From contig JAKBJL010000004.1 of NCBI GenBank assembly GCA_021836035.1, positions 131,841 to 195,840 of the forward strand: a DNA stretch of 64,000 nucleotides, given 5' to 3'. Position 1 is the first letter of the stretch. Every line of letters starts with the position of its first letter. Below, in pieces: positions 10,283-20,030 of the stretch. The DNA is from a bacterium (GTDB lineage Bacteria; Patescibacteriota; Microgenomatia; JAMCZE01). A program made the position numbers and the translations under genes. The notes under the pieces are model-generated. The model did no database searches. It was not told where the DNA came from and saw nothing but the letters and a program-made list of their open reading frames with translations.

Positions 10283-10699
10283 GTGAGATTAATGTTCAAA
10301 AAAATTGGTGCTACATTTTTGGCAGCCGCAATGATGACGGTATATACCCCGTCAGCATGGGCTGCCCCTTTTAACTCGACAAACAACCCCAATATAGTGG
10401 CAAATTACCCTAGCGGTAGTCATGGTATCGTAGGAGAAGATTCTCTCCACACCGGAGCGGATTTGGTCGTGGCCGCAGGCCAAAGCGGTAATTTCCAGCA
10501 ATGGTTTGTAGGTAACGGGGACGGTAACGTAAACGACGAGGGCGACCATAGTGTTTGGTTAAGCGTTGGTAACAGTACTTCCTGCCCATCCGGGTGGGAT
10601 TTATTAGTTAATGCGCAAAATAACTGGGGAAGCTACTTAAAACCCGGTAATTATTGCGTACACACCAATAATTTCCAAACCAATACTCCAACACCTTAA
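10283..10699 (+). CDS. small secreted hypothetical protein
   Basis: 138 aa with a cleavable-type signal peptide (AAMMTVYTPSAWA) and a Gly/Asn-rich sequence. Confidence 0.3.
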   Translation: MRLMFKKIGATFLAAAMMTVYTPSAWAAPFNSTNNPNIVANYPSGSHGIVGEDSLHTGADLVVAAGQSGNFQQWFVGNGDGNVNDEGDHSVWLSVGNSTSCPSGWDLLVNAQNNWGSYLKPGNYCVHTNNFQTNTPTP

Positions 10700-10776
10700 T
10701 TCGATGATGTTTTAAGAGTGTTAGTAAAATATCCCGATCAAGTATCGGGATATTTTCGTCTAGAAAGAAATGCTTC

Positions 10777-12327
10777 CTAAGCTTGTCTTTTAAAAATCAG
10801 AATATCCGGAGAAGTATAAATTTTATAGAAATATTTATAAAGCAGTGGTTGAACTTGGGGGTTTTCATATATACCGTTCCAGATCGCATCACCCTTTTGC
10901 ATTACAATCCAACGGGCATATTTCTCCGGAGTTTTCAGAGAGTCTTCCCAATATGGTTTGTTACCGACATAGATCATATTATTCATAGGAACATTGCTTT
11001 TGGCTATACTGATAGTACGGGCATAATCATCCATCAGTACTAAGCCGTAATCATAATGGCCCGCTAGCCAGGTTTGAGCTTCCGGGTGTTTGGATGCGGA
11101 AAGCCCGAGCGTACCGTCGGCTAAAACAATAGGCATCCCGTATTGATTCAAACCATAATAAAGAAGACCGAAAGCAATTAAGAGTAATGTAACAAATTTC
11201 CCAATCCGATTTCGCCACTGAGACCAAAAATAAGCTGTAAAAACAGCCGCGAAGGGAACCATCATAATGCCGTAGCGGACATTAAATAATCGCCATTCAA
11301 ATGAAGCAGGAGTTAACTGCGGAATAAAAATTACCGACTGACCGATATAAAGCGTTGCGACATAAAATGTAAAAGGAACGGATAACAGAAGAATGACTAA
11401 CAATCTTTGCATACTTCTTTTCTGCCAGAGGAAGATGAACAATCCTAGAAGAGAGAGGATTGCTATCGGTATACCAATATTAGCCGCCGAAGTAACGGTA
11501 TAGTAAGCTAGGGAATTAGATAGGTTTTTATAGGCCGGCAACTCCCCTTTTGTTAGCCAGCTGTTTTGCTGCGACTTAGCCGAAAATGGGCTGCTGGTAA
11601 AGTATAAAGGATCTCCGAGAATTATACCGTCCCAAATAAACCAAAGAAGAATGCCAAGAAAAGACAAGGTAGCAAAAAGAATTAGTTTACCTTCCAACTC
11701 ACGAAAAGAAGAGGGTTTTCTAAAATAGAAAATAATTATGGCTAAGGCTTCAAATAGCACCAAAAACCAGCCATCGTAACGGGAAAGGGTGGCACAGAAA
11801 GCGAAAAAAGCAGCAAAAATAAGGACCGGGATATTACTTGAATCCTGAAAATATTTTATCAGATAAAATATGGAGGCTAAAAAGAAAGCTAGTAATGGCA
11901 ACTCTCCCATTGGTGTAGCTTGTAAATAAAGTACATTCTGATTAAGGGCAAATATAAAAGCACCAATAAGTCCCGCGATTTTATTACCGGTAAGAAGATT
12001 GGTAATCTTATAAATGAAATACCCGGCAAAAATATATGCAGCTCCCGAAACAATTGAACCTGCTAAACCGGTATGCCAGAGAAAATCCCATTTAACAAAG
12101 GGAATCATTAATATATGAGGTAAAGGCAACCAGATACCTCCCAGTTGCGCCATTCCCGGCGTTAGGCTGTCTACTACCCTTTTAGCAATATTTATATGCG
12201 ATTCCGCATCGCCGTAGGCCAGAATAGTACCCTGGTGGAAATAATAAATAGTGGAGACGGTGCTTAAAATCGCTAATATTATCGTTAAAAGTAACTCCGG
12301 GTGTTTGGTAAGAGATAACTTTTCCAT
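10777..12327 (-). CDS. polytopic membrane glycosyltransferase, GT39/PMT_2 (ArnT-like) family
   Basis: 516 aa with more than 10 predicted TM helices and an N-terminal loop with Asp/Glu (YGDAESH) as in the PMT/ArnT family. It is adjacent to a GT2 synthase. Confidence 0.5.
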   Translation of the reverse strand: MEKLSLTKHPELLLTIILAILSTVSTIYYFHQGTILAYGDAESHINIAKRVVDSLTPGMAQLGGIWLPLPHILMIPFVKWDFLWHTGLAGSIVSGAAYIFAGYFIYKITNLLTGNKIAGLIGAFIFALNQNVLYLQATPMGELPLLAFFLASIFYLIKYFQDSSNIPVLIFAAFFAFCATLSRYDGWFLVLFEALAIIIFYFRKPSSFRELEGKLILFATLSFLGILLWFIWDGIILGDPLYFTSSPFSAKSQQNSWLTKGELPAYKNLSNSLAYYTVTSAANIGIPIAILSLLGLFIFLWQKRSMQRLLVILLLSVPFTFYVATLYIGQSVIFIPQLTPASFEWRLFNVRYGIMMVPFAAVFTAYFWSQWRNRIGKFVTLLLIAFGLLYYGLNQYGMPIVLADGTLGLSASKHPEAQTWLAGHYDYGLVLMDDYARTISIAKSNVPMNNMIYVGNKPYWEDSLKTPEKYARWIVMQKGDAIWNGIYENPQVQPLLYKYFYKIYTSPDILIFKRQA

Positions 12328-12352
12328 AATTTAACCCTCCTTTTATCGTTAA

Positions 12353-13969
12353 TTAATAAGGCGCGCCGGCAGTAGTAGTCGGCGATATTGCTGGAGGGAG
12401 ATTTACCTTTTGCAAATGAAATCCGTGAATAGTTTTGGCCCAATAGTGCGGTTGGATTAATATTTCATATAAAGCGACCCAGGAAGCAAGGCTCATCCCC
12501 GCCCAGTAAAACGGTACTAGAAAGGCATATTTAACCAAATCATATTGCTCGCGGCGGAGGGAACCGATCATATAAGCATAAATATAAATGAAATTACCGG
12601 CCAGCAAGGAAAAGATCGCTAAGTAAAAAATCGGTCCGGGGAAAAAAGACTCAATTAGGTGCCCCGCTTGCGGACGAAAAAGAAAATAAGCTATCGTCAC
12701 GATCCACATAAAGGAATTAACCAGGGTAGTAAAAGTTTTACCTCCGACTACCAACTGAAATACGGCAAAATTATACTTTTGACCATTCTGCCAATATTGT
12801 CCGGGGTGGCGCATATGGACAAAATAAGTCTGGAGATAACCTTTTATCCAGCGGGTACGCTGGTGAAACCAGTTAAGAACACGGCTATTGGCTTCCTCAA
12901 GGGTCACGGAATCAAAAATAGCCGTACGATAACCCCTTTCCGCTATCCTGATGCCCAAATCGCAGTCTTCGGTAACATTATAAGCATCCCAGCCTAAAAG
13001 CCTCCGTAGATAAACTGTCCGGAAGTGGTTAGAGGTCCCCCCGAGCGGAATAGGAGCACTGATAGATTGCAGACCGGTCAAAATCAGATCAAACCAAAGG
13101 GCGTATTCCGCGGTAAAAAGACGGGTGAGCATATTTTGCCTCGGATTATAGAAATTTAGCTTTGCTTGAACGCAAACCGTATCATTATTCGTCTTGGCAA
13201 AAGCCAGAATAGCCTTCTTCAGCTGTAAAGGTTCGGGTACGTCCTCGGCATCGTAAATGACCAAAAACTCCCCTTTAGCCATTTTCAAGCCATAATTGAG
13301 AGCCTTAGGCTTGGTTTTTGGCCGTGAATCCGGAATAGTGACTATTTTCATGTCTTTTGGCAAGTTCATTTCATATGCCTTCGCTAGGGTTTTCCTATCG
13401 TTTTCTTCAAGCAACAAAAGTATTTGCAGTTTATCGTGGGGATAATCCAAATTTGCCATTGCCCCGACAAACTGTGGAAGTACCTGCCACTCTTTATAGA
13501 GAGGACAAAGTATTGTATAAGTTGGCCAGTGATTTAGCTTTTCAGCTTTGGCTAAAGCTTCATCAGTAATTTTAATTTCCGGATTGCGTGCAAAACTACG
13601 GAAAATCAGGATGAAACTAAACAGCATATCGGCAAAATAAAAGAGGGTAAAACCGCCGATAATTATTAAGATTGTGGCATGCCAATTAAAAAGCAGTGAT
13701 ACGATAAAAATTATAACGCCAAGAGAAAAAGCTAATATTTGCGTCTGCGAGAGGCGGTAAAAAGCAGATTCCGTCAACGGCAAATCCGTGTATTTCCGGT
13801 TTTTTCTTTTGGATCCAGAGTTTCCTTCCCGCGTTCTGAGCAGCAGGGTTAGTTCGTAATAAGACATATTAATATGGGTCTTTTTAAGATATCGGTTGCT
13901 AATTCCAAGAAAGTGATAAGCAGGTAAGAGAAGGGTAAGCGGTTGCCGATTTAAATCTGAAGAGGGCAC
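12353..13969 (-). CDS. membrane-bound processive family-2 glycosyltransferase (cellulose/chitin-synthase-like)
   Basis: Carries a DAED motif and the Q-x-x-R-W motif (QRTRWIKG), flanked by TM helices. The true start may be the internal MSYYEL. Confidence 0.7.
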   Translation of the reverse strand: MPSSDLNRQPLTLLLPAYHFLGISNRYLKKTHINMSYYELTLLLRTREGNSGSKRKNRKYTDLPLTESAFYRLSQTQILAFSLGVIIFIVSLLFNWHATILIIIGGFTLFYFADMLFSFILIFRSFARNPEIKITDEALAKAEKLNHWPTYTILCPLYKEWQVLPQFVGAMANLDYPHDKLQILLLLEENDRKTLAKAYEMNLPKDMKIVTIPDSRPKTKPKALNYGLKMAKGEFLVIYDAEDVPEPLQLKKAILAFAKTNNDTVCVQAKLNFYNPRQNMLTRLFTAEYALWFDLILTGLQSISAPIPLGGTSNHFRTVYLRRLLGWDAYNVTEDCDLGIRIAERGYRTAIFDSVTLEEANSRVLNWFHQRTRWIKGYLQTYFVHMRHPGQYWQNGQKYNFAVFQLVVGGKTFTTLVNSFMWIVTIAYFLFRPQAGHLIESFFPGPIFYLAIFSLLAGNFIYIYAYMIGSLRREQYDLVKYAFLVPFYWAGMSLASWVALYEILIQPHYWAKTIHGFHLQKVNLPPAISPTTTAGAPY

Positions 13970-13992
13970 AAATGGTATAATTTGCTTATTAA

Positions 13993-14066
13993 GGTGGTAT
14001 TAGCTCAACGGTAGAGCGCTACCCTGTGGAGGTAGATGTTGCCGGTTCGAATCCGGTATACCACCC
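13993..14066 (+). tRNA. tRNA-His (anticodon GTG) with encoded G-1
   Basis: Cloverleaf folded by hand: acceptor GTGGTAT/ATACCAC with an extra 5' G pairing to discriminator C, anticodon loop CTGTGGA and T-arm GCCGG-TTCGAAT-CCGGT. Confidence 0.8.
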
Positions 14067-14277
14067 TTGCCAATTTACCTACAATCCGAAAATCTTGGAA
14101 AGACCCACATTCCGAAACTCTTTTTACTTGGGAAATGGGAGCTGTCCGTAATTTTCTAGGTTTAATAGCTCTGCAAAGCTATTCACTGCTAACTTGGTTA
14201 TACCCTGTTACTAACCTTATTATTAACATTATTGAAAGTAGTTTGTTAATTTATAGAAGAAAACAAATAAAAGCAAA

Positions 14278-14850
14278 ATGAAATTTGTAATTTTACACGG
14301 GACAATGGGGTCGCCTAATAGAAATTGGTTCCCTTGGCTGGCAAAAGAATTGGAAAAGCTCGGCCAAACTGTAGTTCGTCCAGGGCTACCAACACCTAAA
14401 GGTCAAAATCCAGAGGAATGGACTAAAGTTATTAAAGAAACGATTAACTCGTTTGGGGATGATGATGAAATTGTAATCGTAGCTCATTCAATGTCTCCCT
14501 GGGCAAGTTGTTATTATCTAGGAGAAACAAATAATAAAATTAAATACGCTTTTTTTGTTTCACCTTTTGCTGAACAAATTGATAATGAAGAGCCTTTTAA
14601 GTCTCTTATTCAACCTTTTGCTGATGGGAAAGTGAATTGGGATAAAGTAAAAGAAAATTGTAAGGATATTATTTGTTTTGTGGGTGATAATGACCCTTAT
14701 GTTTCCCTTGATGTTGCTAAAAGGTTTGTTAAATTGTCAGGAGCCAAACAGTTAATAATTGTTCCTAAGGGTGGTCATCTTAATGAGGAATTTGGATACA
14801 CTTCTTTTTCGTTACTATTGGACACGATTAGAAATGAGCTAAAAATATGA
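14278..14850 (+). CDS. YdeN/RBBP9-family serine hydrolase (alpha/beta fold)
   Basis: 190 aa; the N-terminus MKFVILHGTMGSPNRNWFPWL and the motif VAHSMS are typical of the Ser_hydrolase family. Confidence 0.5.
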   Translation: MKFVILHGTMGSPNRNWFPWLAKELEKLGQTVVRPGLPTPKGQNPEEWTKVIKETINSFGDDDEIVIVAHSMSPWASCYYLGETNNKIKYAFFVSPFAEQIDNEEPFKSLIQPFADGKVNWDKVKENCKDIICFVGDNDPYVSLDVAKRFVKLSGAKQLIIVPKGGHLNEEFGYTSFSLLLDTIRNELKI

Positions 14851-15572
14851 AAGACAAATTTGCAGTTGTAACGGGAGCTTCTACGGGAATTGGTAGAGCT
14901 ATCGCTCTAGCTTTAGCTAAAGAGGGTGCGTATGTATCTTTGGTTGGAAAAAATGAAGAAAAACTTCTAGAAACGAACAATTTGATTAAGGAAATCGGTG
15001 GTAAATCAAAGGTGTTTATCTGTGATTTGGCAAATGATAGTTCGCTAGAGGCTCTAATTGCCTCAATAAAGAACGAAACAAAAAGAGTTGATGTTTTGGC
15101 TAATGTAGCGGGTATATGGCACGGAAAGGATGAAGTTTATGCAGGCAAGGACTTTGAAAGTTTTGATGAAAAGGTTGTTCTGGATACTTATTCAGTTGGT
15201 TTAATCGCACCAACACTCTTGGCTCACGCTTTTATTCCTTTAATGCCTAGCGGAAGCACAATAATCAACCTTTCTGGAACTTTTGAGAATGGTGGAAAAG
15301 GTTGGCTTCCTTATTATGTGTCGAAGCGGGCGATTGAGGATTTAACTATTTGTCTTTCACAAGAGTTGGCTGATAAAGGTGTTAGAGTTAATTGCGTATC
15401 CCCGTCTGACACAGCCACAGAGGAATATGAGCGGTTCTTTCCTGATGATGCAAAAGATGCCCAAACTCCAGAGGAAGTAGCTAAATTATTTGTTGAATTA
15501 GTTAATAATGATGAGACTGGAAAAGTATTTGTCATCAAAAAAGGTAGAGTTGAGGAGGGATTTCACAAATGA
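14847..15572 (+). CDS. SDR-family short-chain dehydrogenase/reductase
   Basis: Shows the Rossmann motif TGASTGIGRAIA and the catalytic YYVSKRA (YxxxK). Confidence 0.8.
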   Translation: MKDKFAVVTGASTGIGRAIALALAKEGAYVSLVGKNEEKLLETNNLIKEIGGKSKVFICDLANDSSLEALIASIKNETKRVDVLANVAGIWHGKDEVYAGKDFESFDEKVVLDTYSVGLIAPTLLAHAFIPLMPSGSTIINLSGTFENGGKGWLPYYVSKRAIEDLTICLSQELADKGVRVNCVSPSDTATEEYERFFPDDAKDAQTPEEVAKLFVELVNNDETGKVFVIKKGRVEEGFHK

Positions 15573-15778
15573 AGCAAGTCAAATTTGTTTATTTTGATTT
15601 GGGTGGCGTTGCTATTCTAGATTTTTCGGGCACAGACAAATGGTCTCAACTTAAAATGGAGTTAGGGATAGGTGCCGAAAAGGAAAAACAATTTGAGGAT
15701 TGGCAAACCCTTCTTTATGATTCATCTAAACCAGATGATTCCAGTAAAAGACTTATGGAAGTTTGGAATAGTTTATAA
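15569..15778 (+). pseudogene. truncated HAD-family hydrolase N-terminal fragment
   Basis: 69 aa beginning VKFVYFDLGGV (HAD motif I variant) but about one-third of normal HAD length. Confidence 0.3.
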
Positions 15779-15926
15779 TGGGGGTTAAGTCGGGCGGATT
15801 TAAGACTAATTGGAGCGTATCTAGTGATACATCAAACTCAAGCTGTTTAGTTCCAAATAAGTCTGCTAACCGACCTAAATTAGCTACAGATATTGACATC
15901 TCCTGTCGTTTAATAAATACTGAATT

Positions 15927-16532
15927 GTGAGACAAAAAGGATTTGCCCCAATAATTATTCTTTTAGTAATTTTTGTCCTAGTAGCCGCTGGTTATTTTGC
16001 ATACACAAATAGGTATTTTGTAAAAAACTCCCCCGCGCCGGTACCTATTCCCGTGCCAACATTGATCGTAAAACCCCCATCTTCCCCCGACCCGACTGCT
16101 AATTGGAAAACGTATAGTAATCCAAAAATCTTTTTTCAGTTTAAATATCCTAGTGACTATACTCTGGCCGACGTTAGTCCTAACGAAGGGCAAAAGGGTA
16201 AGTATGTAATCAATGTTAGTAGTCCTACCACTCCTAATGAAGGAAATACTTTTCAAAAAAATGAATTAGGTATCACAATATTTGTTCAACCTGAAAATTT
16301 CACAAGATATTCATGCTCTGATATTGGCTGCGGCAAAATAACTGAAAAAAATATCAAAATTGGTGACGTTGAAGTTGTTCAAAGAGATATTCTAGGAAGC
16401 CCAGCGGGAGAAAGTAGCGAGTATTATTTCACAGTCAACAATCTATATTATAAAATAGACAAGTACCCCTTTTTATCTTCCCGCGATGAAGAATTTAACC
16501 TAATCCTCTCCACGTTTAAATTTACGCAGTAG
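15927..16532 (+). CDS. secreted protein of the 'NWKTY...STFKFTQ' family
   Basis: GTG start, TM/signal segment and Pro-rich linker, then a domain containing ANWKTYSNPKIFFQFKYPSDY and ending LILSTFKFTQ. It is paralogous to the protein at 50350..51513. Confidence 0.4.
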   Translation: MRQKGFAPIIILLVIFVLVAAGYFAYTNRYFVKNSPAPVPIPVPTLIVKPPSSPDPTANWKTYSNPKIFFQFKYPSDYTLADVSPNEGQKGKYVINVSSPTTPNEGNTFQKNELGITIFVQPENFTRYSCSDIGCGKITEKNIKIGDVEVVQRDILGSPAGESSEYYFTVNNLYYKIDKYPFLSSRDEEFNLILSTFKFTQ

Positions 16533-16654
16533 AATATTTTCTCAATTCCTTCAAGAGAAACCCCAAAATGAACCCGTCTAGTTCTAAATACGTCCACCAA
16601 GCGAAACACTACCCTATAGTTGACTAACTTACTAATAGCTCCTATAATTTCTTC

Positions 16655-17362
16655 ATGGCTGAGTGGCTTCCAATTACCAGTCTTAATCCTGAAACCCAAA
16701 GAGAAAAAGCCAGGGGAAGGCAAATATTTTTACGAAGCGAAAATCCAGCTGTTTATTCGCAAATAGCAGAACTTCTTGCAAGTGGATATGCCTTAACTAT
16801 GGATAATCTTAGAGCTATTTACCTAAGCAACGGTTATTCACCGGCGTCTTCAAAAAATTTTATCACTCAAGCTGAAACAGGACGTTTTACTCGAGAAACC
16901 GGAGTTACTGTTTCAGGAGTTAGAATTAATAATCAAAAGGTCTTCTTTAACGGCAGTCTAGCCCCTAAAGATACTGACCTCGAAGTTGTTGCGGCCGAAG
17001 TGTTGACTCAAAAAGTGATAAAGCGAAAAAAGGGAAAAATTATTAATGGTTCTCAAAGTGCACCCACCTCTCCCAGCAGGGCTCTTAAGGTGGAAAATTT
17101 AATTAACGAGCCGGGCTTCCCGTTTTCGGTGGCCAGAATAACTGTAACTGGTACAAATGAACCTACGATAAATTCTTACTGTGACACCACTTATTATGTA
17201 ATAGATGGTAAAGGTCGTTTTATCATTGACGGCCAAGAACAGATGGTAGAACCTGGAGAGCTTGTAGTTATACCCAGAGAAACACCCTATCTGGATTATG
17301 GGGAGCCAGTTTTAGGACTTTTAGCGGTCTCTTGGCCAAGATTTCCAGGAAATTTTGGCTGA
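16655..17362 (+). CDS. cupin-domain hypothetical protein
   Basis: 235 aa; the C-terminal IDGKGRFIIDGQEQMVEPGELVVIPRETPY matches the cupin beta-barrel motifs. Confidence 0.35.
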   Translation: MAEWLPITSLNPETQREKARGRQIFLRSENPAVYSQIAELLASGYALTMDNLRAIYLSNGYSPASSKNFITQAETGRFTRETGVTVSGVRINNQKVFFNGSLAPKDTDLEVVAAEVLTQKVIKRKKGKIINGSQSAPTSPSRALKVENLINEPGFPFSVARITVTGTNEPTINSYCDTTYYVIDGKGRFIIDGQEQMVEPGELVVIPRETPYLDYGEPVLGLLAVSWPRFPGNFG

Positions 17363-17431
17363 AACAAACACACGGCTTATTTCTGTCATTGGCTGTATAA
17401 TTGATTCTAACTGATCGTCAGCAATGACCCC

Positions 17432-17875
17432 ATGAAAATATTTTGGAAAGCGACATGGCTAAAATTCCTTCCTGTTATTTTAAAGAATGAAAATGAAGAT
17501 ATTGTTGGTGAGATAAAATCTTGGAACAAACTAGTCTACCAAGGGGCTGAATATAATTTTGAATTTGTACCTAAACCAATTAGTAAAGCATTTACTACTA
17601 ATAAAATCCGCGTATTTAAAGGTTTGACCGAAGAGGTCGCGGAAATAATTGATCCTCAATGGCTAAGGAAGATACAAATCGTTGTTTCGAGTCAAGAAAT
17701 ATTTGAAATGTCTCCAAAATTATCATCCGGGGAAAATTATGATGTTAATCATAATAACACTAAAATAGGAGAATTCAGGGAACGGTATTTTGCTCCAACA
17801 GCAAGAGGCCATCTTGAATTAGATGAATCGCAAGTAAATAACATCCCGTTAATTGCGTCTGTTTTATACCGCTGA
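17432..17875 (+). CDS. hypothetical protein
   Basis: An ORF of 147 aa with no recognisable motif. Confidence 0.25.
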   Translation: MKIFWKATWLKFLPVILKNENEDIVGEIKSWNKLVYQGAEYNFEFVPKPISKAFTTNKIRVFKGLTEEVAEIIDPQWLRKIQIVVSSQEIFEMSPKLSSGENYDVNHNNTKIGEFRERYFAPTARGHLELDESQVNNIPLIASVLYR

Positions 17876-18582
17876 GTTTATAACTTGATGATAGGGTAGT
17901 AAGCCACTTAATTTAGTCTAACTTAACCCTCCGCGAACTTAAAACTAAAAGGATATAACCTGTTCTGGGTACGAGCTTTTTCGGTCCATTCGCCCCAAAG
18001 TATTTAGATTCAAATAATGCAACCATTAACGGCATGCTCGTGCTCAAAGCGGTTATTCTTTTTCTCCCAAAATTACTTTGCGGCGTTCGGGGTTTTGAAT
18101 TATCTTTTCCGGTGATTTGGCAGCGGTACGTGAGAATTCTCCCCTTAAGTCAAGCAATTTTCTCCCTTCCGGGTGCAAGGCAGACAAAGGTGTGCCCTCA
18201 ATTCCTAACTCATCCTGAATCTCTCTTAGTTCCAAGCGACTGGCCTTTCGGTTCTTTTTATTTCTGTTTTTGACGCGAGGAAGGATACTTTTTCTCATTT
18301 ACCAAGTATAATAACGTAACCTATATATATCGAAGGTAAATAATATTATATGCTTATTATGTCTAATGTTGAAAGGGCTCATGCACTTAACCAGCTGAAA
18401 ATACTTTCCATGACTATTAAGATGGAGCAAAATCCTTTTGTCAAACATCACTTAACCATGCTGGTAATCCGGCTTAGTAAAGAAGCTGATGTATTGTTGC
18501 CGGAATTAATGGAGCTTATTACTTTGGGAGAAAAAGAAGCAGATATTACCCTGCGTAACTAATAGCCGTATAATAAAATTTA

Positions 18583-19983
18583 TTAAAATAGTTGCTTTTC
18601 CAGCTCTTTACGAATCAATTCTTTATCCACTCCAGGCAGCAGTTTAATAACAGCTCCCATCAAAAATCCCAGCGCTGTCTTTTTCCCCTTTTGATAATCA
18701 TTAACCGCCTGCTTGTTCGCGCCTAAAACTTCTTTTACTATTCCCGATAATTTTCCCTCATCTACCGCGGCAATGGTATTTGCCCGGATAATTTTTGCTA
18801 TCAACTCTGCCGGTAAAGTATTTTCCGTTTCTATCCGCTTATTAATCAGCCAGTTGGCAATTGTTTTTACAATATTACCGGTCTTGAGCTGGCCAATTTC
18901 TCCTGCAGCCTTCACTGCTTCTTCAAAATAATCACCCAGTTCCTGGTTTTCCGTTAATATTCCCGCGTCATAATCAGAAAGACTGTAATCTCTCTGGAAG
19001 CGGACTAATTTTTGATCCGGTAATTCCGGTATTTGTTTTTTGATTATCGCTAACTGCTCATTATCCAAAACTATCGGGGGGATATCCGGTTCGGGAAAAT
19101 AACGGTAGTCATGAGCCTCTTCCTTCTCCCGCTGGGGGAATGTGACGTTTTTTTCCTCATTCCAGCCTCGCGTTTGTTGGGGGATTTTCTCGCCCTTTTC
19201 CAGAAGATCGGTCTGTCTTTTTATTTCGTACTCTAATGCCTTTCTGGCAAATCTAAAGGAATTAATGTTTTTCAGTTCAACACGATAATCCGGTAATTGA
19301 TCATTGGGCATCGGAAATTGGATTTGGCCATTATTTTTATTGACCCGAATTGAAATACTGGGTTCTATCCTCATACTTCCCTTTTCCATATCCGCTTGAG
19401 ATATCCCCAAATACCTGATAATTTTTTGCAATTTTTTAAGATATAGATCTACCTCCTCAAGGCTGCGGAAATCCGGTTCGGTTACAATTTCAACCAGAGG
19501 GACACCGCTGCGATTGAAATCCACTAAAGTAACCTTTTCGCCGCCAATTTCCGTATGCTGCAATTTTCCCGTATCCTCTTCCAGATGCACTCTCCTAATA
19601 CGTATAACTTTTTGCTGCGAGACGGTTGACATTAACGCCGATTTGATCGCGGTTAGCTTTAAGCATCCGTCGTAGCCGAATGGTTCCTCGAATTGCGTAA
19701 TTTGATATCCCTTGGGCAAATCGGGATAAAAATAATTTTTCCGGTCAAAGTGTGAATGCTGATTGATACGGCAATCAAGAGCCATAGCCAGCATTAACGT
19801 CCAGTCGATTGCTTTTTTATTCGGTACCGGCAGCGCTCCGGGAAGTCCCAAACATACGGGGCAGGTATGCGTATTTGGTTCTACTCCAAAATGTTCCGCG
19901 CTGCAGCCACAAAACATTTTGCTCACCGTCGCTAATTCTACATGTACTTCCAAACCGATAATTGTTTGATATCCTATAGGCAT
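18583..19983 (-). CDS. gatB: Asp-tRNA(Asn)/Glu-tRNA(Gln) amidotransferase subunit B
   Basis: Canonical N-terminus MPIGYQTIIGLEVHVELAT..CGCS and a C-terminal YqeY-like tail. Confidence 0.9.
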   Translation of the reverse strand: MPIGYQTIIGLEVHVELATVSKMFCGCSAEHFGVEPNTHTCPVCLGLPGALPVPNKKAIDWTLMLAMALDCRINQHSHFDRKNYFYPDLPKGYQITQFEEPFGYDGCLKLTAIKSALMSTVSQQKVIRIRRVHLEEDTGKLQHTEIGGEKVTLVDFNRSGVPLVEIVTEPDFRSLEEVDLYLKKLQKIIRYLGISQADMEKGSMRIEPSISIRVNKNNGQIQFPMPNDQLPDYRVELKNINSFRFARKALEYEIKRQTDLLEKGEKIPQQTRGWNEEKNVTFPQREKEEAHDYRYFPEPDIPPIVLDNEQLAIIKKQIPELPDQKLVRFQRDYSLSDYDAGILTENQELGDYFEEAVKAAGEIGQLKTGNIVKTIANWLINKRIETENTLPAELIAKIIRANTIAAVDEGKLSGIVKEVLGANKQAVNDYQKGKKTALGFLMGAVIKLLPGVDKELIRKELEKQLF

Positions 19984-20030
19984 AAGAAAAAGACCTCCCT
20001 TAAGCTTTGCATTATTTTTGTCTTATTAAT

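Noticed and set aside
14036-14281. 81-aa ORF starting inside tRNA-His
   Set aside because: It overlaps the 3' half of a well-folded tRNA and has no RBS or motif, so it is a spurious ORF.
18034-18298. Overlapping 79-aa (+) and 81-aa (-) ORFs in the 470-bp gap between the 147-aa hypothetical and gatB
   Set aside because: Neither has an RBS or a recognisable motif. The minus one is very basic (KNRNKKNRK) and might be a real small protein or a relic. It is not called; the region is left unannotated.
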